A DNA stretch of 32,000 nucleotides. Origin: Candidatus Caldarchaeales archaeon. GTDB lineage: Archaea; Thermoproteota; Nitrososphaeria_A; Caldarchaeales; Calditenuaceae. A program made the position numbers and the translations under genes. The notes beneath the pieces were generated by a model. It made no database searches. It was not told the origin of the DNA and saw nothing but the letters and a program-made list of their open reading frames with translations. The stretch covers positions 14,420 to 46,419 of the forward strand of contig JAVVGN010000004.1 of NCBI GenBank assembly GCA_032249095.1. The letters run 5' to 3'. Positions 27,662 to 32,000 of this stretch are shown here, one piece after another. Positions within the stretch are counted from its first letter, which is position 1; the number at the start of each line of letters is the position of its first letter.

Positions 27662-27896
27662 TCGGCCCTCGACGTGGTTTATCAGCGGGGCGTTGTAGAG
27701 TTAATACAAAAGATTAGGGATATGTATGGGACATCCTTCATCCTCGTGTCCCACGACATGGGGCTTCACTACCAGGCCACAGACAGGATAGCCATCATGT
27801 ATGCGGGGAAGATCGTCGAGACAGGGAGGACCGAGGATGTCTTCAAAAAGCCGCTCCACCCCTACAGCGAGGGCCTCATAAACTCAATCCCCCGGA
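27662..27896 (+). pseudogene. Same ABC ATPase, C-terminal piece (D-loop, H-loop), truncated after HPY motif
   Basis: [78 protein letters not shown]. The usual about 60-aa oligopeptide-type C-terminal domain is missing. Confidence 0.85.
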
Positions 27897-27967
27897 GGGC
27901 TCCTGGAGAGGCCTGTAAACATAATTATTTTAGCCGCAGGCATGCTATTCATCAGCCCTTGACAGGG

Positions 27968-29134
27968 GTGCGGAGATTAACTGAGCTGGACGGAATACGG
28001 CTTGGCTCTCGCTTCAGCTGCGACTGCGGCAGGGAACACCTAGTCTCTATGCGGGAGGTCGTGGTGTTGGACTCGATCAAGAATGAGGCGGGGATCTTGA
28101 CCGCGGAGGTTTTAGAGGGCGAGCAGGTGCTAATTGTAACAGGCTACAAGACGAGGCGAATTCTTGGCGAGCAGGTCTACCAGAGGCTCCTAGAATACGG
28201 CTGCAGAGTGGTCCTCCGCGTGGTCGAGAAGTGTGATCTCGCCACATGCTCGGCCCTAGAGCAGGATGCGCGGGGCTGCCGGCTGGCTGTCGCGGTTGGA
28301 GGTGGCTCTGTGATAGACTCTTGCAAGCTCGCAGCCCACAGGGCTGAGGTCCCCTTCGTCTCGATACCTACAACAATCTCACATGACGGGATTGCATCAC
28401 CAGTAGCCTCAGTGTTTATCGGAGGTGGGCGGAGAGCTAGTATAATCGCTTCCCCACCCATAAGGGTCATACTCGCCACCGATGTCGTCAGGTCCTCCCC
28501 CTCCAGACACATCTCTGCCGGCTGCGGCGACATTCTTGCGAAGGTGACCTCGCTTCAGGACTGGATACTTGGGGCCAAGGTCAAGTCCGAGTATTTCTGC
28601 CGGCGGACCTTTGAATTGGTGAGGTCCGCGGTCAAGGATGTCAGGAGCTTTATTGATGGGGGTGGAGTAGATCTCTATCCGCTGATCTTGGCGGCGGTAA
28701 AGTGTGGCCTGTCAATGAGCATGATGAATTCCTCACGTCCATGCTCTGGGGCTGAACATCTCTTCTCCCACTACATCGACCATTTAAACAATGGGGTCGG
28801 GATGCACGGCGAGCAGGTGGGGATCGGCGCTATCCTGATGGCTAGAAGGTACGAGGAGGTAGGCCCGCCCCATGTTGGTGGGCTCGAAATAGGGTCTGAG
28901 AAGCTGAGAGGCTATGTCAAGCGGGCGGGAGCGCCGACAACTCTCTCGCAGATAGGAATATCAGCCGAGGCTGCTTTGAGGGCACTGCTCGAATGTACAA
29001 AGATAAGACCAGAAAGATACACCATCCTTCACCACGCCCCCCTGACAAAAACCTCGGCAGAAGAGCTTCTCCGACAAACCGAGGTATTGGATAAGCAGCA
29101 ACAGCGGCGACCTCGCGATGGCTTTATCACCTAG
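27968..29134 (+). CDS. egsA: sn-glycerol-1-phosphate dehydrogenase
   Basis: AVGGGSVIDSCKLAA, PFVSIPTTISHDGIASPVASV, SGAEHLFSH, HGEQVGIG. Start is uncertain: GTG 27968 or TTG 27959 lie downstream of an ATAATTATTTTA box at 27921-27932, and ATG 28049 would give a more typical length. Confidence 0.9.
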   Translation: MRRLTELDGIRLGSRFSCDCGREHLVSMREVVVLDSIKNEAGILTAEVLEGEQVLIVTGYKTRRILGEQVYQRLLEYGCRVVLRVVEKCDLATCSALEQDARGCRLAVAVGGGSVIDSCKLAAHRAEVPFVSIPTTISHDGIASPVASVFIGGGRRASIIASPPIRVILATDVVRSSPSRHISAGCGDILAKVTSLQDWILGAKVKSEYFCRRTFELVRSAVKDVRSFIDGGGVDLYPLILAAVKCGLSMSMMNSSRPCSGAEHLFSHYIDHLNNGVGMHGEQVGIGAILMARRYEEVGPPHVGGLEIGSEKLRGYVKRAGAPTTLSQIGISAEAALRALLECTKIRPERYTILHHAPLTKTSAEELLRQTEVLDKQQQRRPRDGFIT

Positions 29135-29156
29135 CAGAGGCTCATGACCTCTCGGG

Positions 29157-29951
29157 TTGTACGTAGTCGTCGTCTACCACAAAGAGAAACGAGACGCTGA
29201 GAAAGCAGCCTCGAGGATCCGAGAGCTAATCGAAAAGCACGGAATAGAGCATAGCGTTAGCGCCTTAACGCGGGACGGGTTTGAGTCAACGATCAGCTGC
29301 GACGCCCTCATAGTGCTTGGCGGGGATGGCACCATACTTGCCTCGATCCACGCTCTCGAGGAGCCGGAGACCCCTGTTCTCGCAGTCTCCTTCGGAAGGG
29401 GGGGCTACTTGGCCGACGTTGGGCCGGAGGATGCTGAGAGGGCGGTCACATCTTTCCTCGAGGGAAGCTACTACGTCGAGAGGGTCATGCGTCTTCAGGT
29501 AGAACTCGACGGCGAGACCATCGGCGAGGCCATAAATGAGGCCTATGTCTCGAACAGGATGGTCGGTAAAGTTGTGGAATTCGACCTCTATGTAGACAGC
29601 CTCTCCCTCCGGAACATAGTTGCAGATGGGGTCGTCTTCTCGACACCCCTCGGCTCCACGGGCTACAACTCCTCGCTCGGCGGGCCACTAGTGGACGAAG
29701 AGCTGGAGCTGATCATCGTGACGCCGGTCGCCCCAATAACGAATCTACGCCCACTCGTCTTCTCATCCCACAAGAAGGTAAGCTTCGCAGGTAGGGTCGG
29801 CCCCTTCAGCGTCCTCATAGACGGGAACATAAGGAGAGAGTTCAAGTCGGGGTCCCTAGAGATTACTAAGGCGAGGCACTACACAACCCTCATCAGAACT
29901 TCTCCAATCAGGCTTTGCGAGAGGAGGATAAAGAAGAGGCTGGGGCTTTAG
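29157..29951 (+). CDS. nadK: NAD kinase
   Basis: LIVLGGDGTILAS, NEAYV and TPLGSTGYNSSLGGPLV. TTG start. Confidence 0.9.
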   Translation: MYVVVVYHKEKRDAEKAASRIRELIEKHGIEHSVSALTRDGFESTISCDALIVLGGDGTILASIHALEEPETPVLAVSFGRGGYLADVGPEDAERAVTSFLEGSYYVERVMRLQVELDGETIGEAINEAYVSNRMVGKVVEFDLYVDSLSLRNIVADGVVFSTPLGSTGYNSSLGGPLVDEELELIIVTPVAPITNLRPLVFSSHKKVSFAGRVGPFSVLIDGNIRREFKSGSLEITKARHYTTLIRTSPIRLCERRIKKRLGL

Positions 29952-30857
29952 CCCGGCCTCCACGTAAGTCCCTGCCGGCCACGACGAGGTATATGCCGAG
30001 GGCGGCCAAGCCCGAGCCAAAGACAAACTCGGGCCTGGGAGCCTCTCCGAGAAGCACAACCCCTAAAAAAGTCGCGACGACCGGCTCCAACAGGGCTAGA
30101 GTCGCGGCCTCATGGGGGGTATACCTTCAAGTGATGAGAAGTGGAGGGAGTGGCCGAGCGCCGTGGGGAAGAGGGCTATCCCGATCAGCGGCGCCAACTC
30201 GTCCGAGACCGGCGGCTCCAGCCCCACACCCGCAAGGAGTGATATAACGAGGACCGCGAGTGTGGCTCCACCATAGATCCCCGGTAGAAAAGTTAGTGCC
30301 CCTTTCCCGCGGAAGACAGAGACGCCTGCCAGTAGGTAGGCCGCCCAAACCACTGCTGCAAGAACTGCCAAGACGTCTCCGAGGAGGCTTCCAGGCGAGT
30401 AGGTGGCCTGCGCAGCGGCGATCACCGCCACCCCGCCAATAGCGATGAACGTCCCTGCGACCGGCAACGGACCCTGCAGACCCTTGCCGAGAAGGTAGCC
30501 CATTATCATTGCCCAGACAGGTGTTGTGTTTACGAGGATAGTAGCGTTAAGGATTGATGTCAGCCTAACCGACCATGTGAACAACAGGATATGCACTCCC
30601 AAGAGAGCGCCCAGCAGAAGCGACTCCGACAGACTCGTCCCCCTCCAGCCAACCCCGACACGCCCCGCGAAGAGGAGGTTTGCCAGAGTAACGATGAGAA
30701 AGGCGATGAGCAGCCTGTAGAAGGATATTGACTCGGGACTGAGGCCAGGCATGAGCCTGATGAAGACAGCCGAGGTCCCAAGAAGAAGCCGGCCAGGGCC
30801 CCACGTGTGAGGTAAGTGTCTATAAGCATCCCGACCGTCGACACAACACCCCCACAA
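29908..30857 (-). pseudogene. EamA/DMT-family transporter split by a single-base frameshift in a homopolymer
   Basis: ORFs 30096-30857 and 29908-30090 are consecutive halves. One extra G in the G6 run at 30114-30119 would read ...SLEGIPPHEAATLALLEPVVATFLGVVLLGEAP, the typical EamA C-terminal repeat. Confidence 0.75.
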
Positions 30858-30916
30858 CCATATGAGGATTCCCGAGGCCGAGGGAGACCCTTTATCGGAC
30901 CGTGAACCCCTAGCTA

Positions 30917-31444
30917 GTGGAAATGAGCACCGGAGACTTCTCGCACGCTAAGCAACGCCGGAGCGGGAAGATAGGCGATTCCCAAATGACGAAGAAACCT
31001 CAAGAAAAAGGTGAGAAGAAGGATGGCCGGACCAACGCCTATGTGCTTGACACATCCGCCCTACTTCTCGGCTTCACTGCACCAGGCGCAAAACTCTACA
31101 CTACCAGCTCAGCCGTCGGCGAGGTCAAGCACGGCGAACTACAGGTAGCGCGGCTCGAAGCCCTCCTCCGCTCCGGCACACTAGCCGTCGCGACACCCAG
31201 CAAAGACTCTATTGAGAGGGCGAGAAGAGAGTCTGAACTCTTGGAGGAGGTTGTTTCTCGCACGGACTTGGAGATATTAGCGGCGGCTTTAGACCTCGCC
31301 CAAAGCCACGCCAGCGTAACAATTGTAACAGACGACCACGCCCTACAAAACATCGCCGCACACCTAGGCCTAGGCTACAAGGGCCTCAAACACCCAGAGA
31401 TAAGAAAGCCAAAGAAACGAAGACAATCACGGAGAACAATGTAG
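30917..31444 (+). CDS. PIN-domain protein, Nob1-like, without a zinc ribbon
   Basis: YVLDTSALLLG, TTSSAVGEVKHG, LSRTDLEILAAALDLA-type block and VTIVTDDHALQNIAAHLGLGY match the archaeal Nob1 PIN pattern. Lys-rich N-terminal extension. No Cys-containing C-terminal module. Confidence 0.65.
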   Translation: MEMSTGDFSHAKQRRSGKIGDSQMTKKPQEKGEKKDGRTNAYVLDTSALLLGFTAPGAKLYTTSSAVGEVKHGELQVARLEALLRSGTLAVATPSKDSIERARRESELLEEVVSRTDLEILAAALDLAQSHASVTIVTDDHALQNIAAHLGLGYKGLKHPEIRKPKKRRQSRRTM

Positions 31445-31805
31445 ACATGCCGACTCATACTCCTCTTAAGAAAGTTTCGTGCCGCCTACGCACAACTCAA
31501 GGGCGAGTGAACTCGTCTGCAGTTTATAGCAGTTGGTCAGGGTTAGGAACTTTGCCGGCGGAAAAAGGATCGAAGCTGAAAACCGACTAGAATCAGCTGT
31601 ATAGTCTATTGTAACCATGGGTGAGCGGGCCTTTTACATTTGGAGACTCTGTGTGCTGTGAGTGGCCTCTAAAGTGTGGTCATTGAAAGCAGCATGTTTT
31701 GCAGCCCTCTTCTGGCTTTCGACCAGATGACATGGCTAAGCCAGTCCATCTCCCAGAGGGTGCTTGGCGGGACCCTAGCTCCGAGGCTCCTATCGCTGTG
31801 ATCCG

Positions 31806-31831
31806 TCGACGAAAAGGACCGTTTTCGTCGA
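31806..31831. repeat. Perfect 10-bp stem hairpin
   Basis: TCGACGAAAA (31806-31815), a 6-nt loop, then TTTTCGTCGA (31822-31831), in the ORF-poor, A/T-richer end of the window. Confidence 0.5.
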
Positions 31832-32000
31832 ATTTCGCGCCCACTATACTCTGACGCATACTGATAGAACAAGCCCATAAGTAAGAAGGGGCTTAAACCA
31901 ACCCACAACTCCCTTACAGTAATTGAAGGAATATAATACCAGTATCATTTGCCCTCAATAGGAGGAGGCTTAAATTCAAATAAATGGGTTATCTTGAAGT

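Noticed and set aside
20969-27918. The 22-bp direct repeats as attL/attR of an integrated element.
   Set aside because: The enclosed 6.9 kb has no integrase or other mobile-element genes. It contains ordinary metabolic and transport genes, and one repeat is an integral, conserved-looking part of the dehydrogenase coding sequence.
27674-29134. A 486-aa ORF read as a single protein.
   Set aside because: It is a read-through chimera. The first ~75 codons are the C-terminal remnant of the dead ABC ATPase. Then come the 22-bp scar and an A/T-rich promoter-like stretch, and only then glycerol-1-phosphate dehydrogenase.
31669-31908. A 79-aa minus-strand ORF in the terminal A/T-richer tract.
   Set aside because: It has no recognisable motif, odd composition, and contains the 10-bp hairpin. 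The evidence is insufficient to call a gene.

Overview
This is a GC-rich archaeal chromosomal window that looks Thermoproteota/Crenarchaeota-like. Evidence for that: glycerol-1-phosphate dehydrogenase, TiaS, RadA, KEOPS Pcc1, a CdvB-type ESCRT-III protein, A/T-rich TATA boxes about 25-35 nt upstream of many start codons, and many GTG/TTG starts. About 35 genes are present and most are housekeeping.

Gene content: Cdc48; speD/speE; Nudix; ESCRT-III; geranylgeranyl reductase; hisC; tiaS; pcc1-radA; MFS transporter; heme O synthase; O-methyltransferase; CBS protein; GH4 glycosidase; P5C-type aldehyde dehydrogenase; CoA-binding protein; CUT1 sugar ABC permeases plus binding protein; agmatinase; egsA; nadK; EamA transporter; Nob1-like PIN protein.

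Four small accessory or decayed patches interrupt this:
1. 9.8-10.4 kb: a nest of three non-autonomous repeats. These are an internally deleted IS6 derivative, a ~170-bp repeat whose inverted partner lies at 15.3 kb, and a 92-bp MITE with perfect 12-bp TIRs and a 9-bp duplication.
2. 15.3-17.7 kb: an orphan cassette with a RecA2-only helicase fragment, a 17-Cys mini-protein, an unknown ORF and a frameshifted PP-loop ATPase.
3. 19.7-20.4 kb: a doubly frameshifted IS6 copy.
4. 27.0-27.9 kb: a dead Dpp/Opp-type ABC ATPase whose middle third is inverted in place. It ends in a 22-bp stretch identical to part of the aldehyde dehydrogenase gene 6.9 kb away.

Three frameshifts are single-base losses in G/C homopolymers, so sequencing error must be excluded. 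No rRNA, tRNA or CRISPR array was recognised. I did not find a convincing new multi-gene system; the items above are the best leads.
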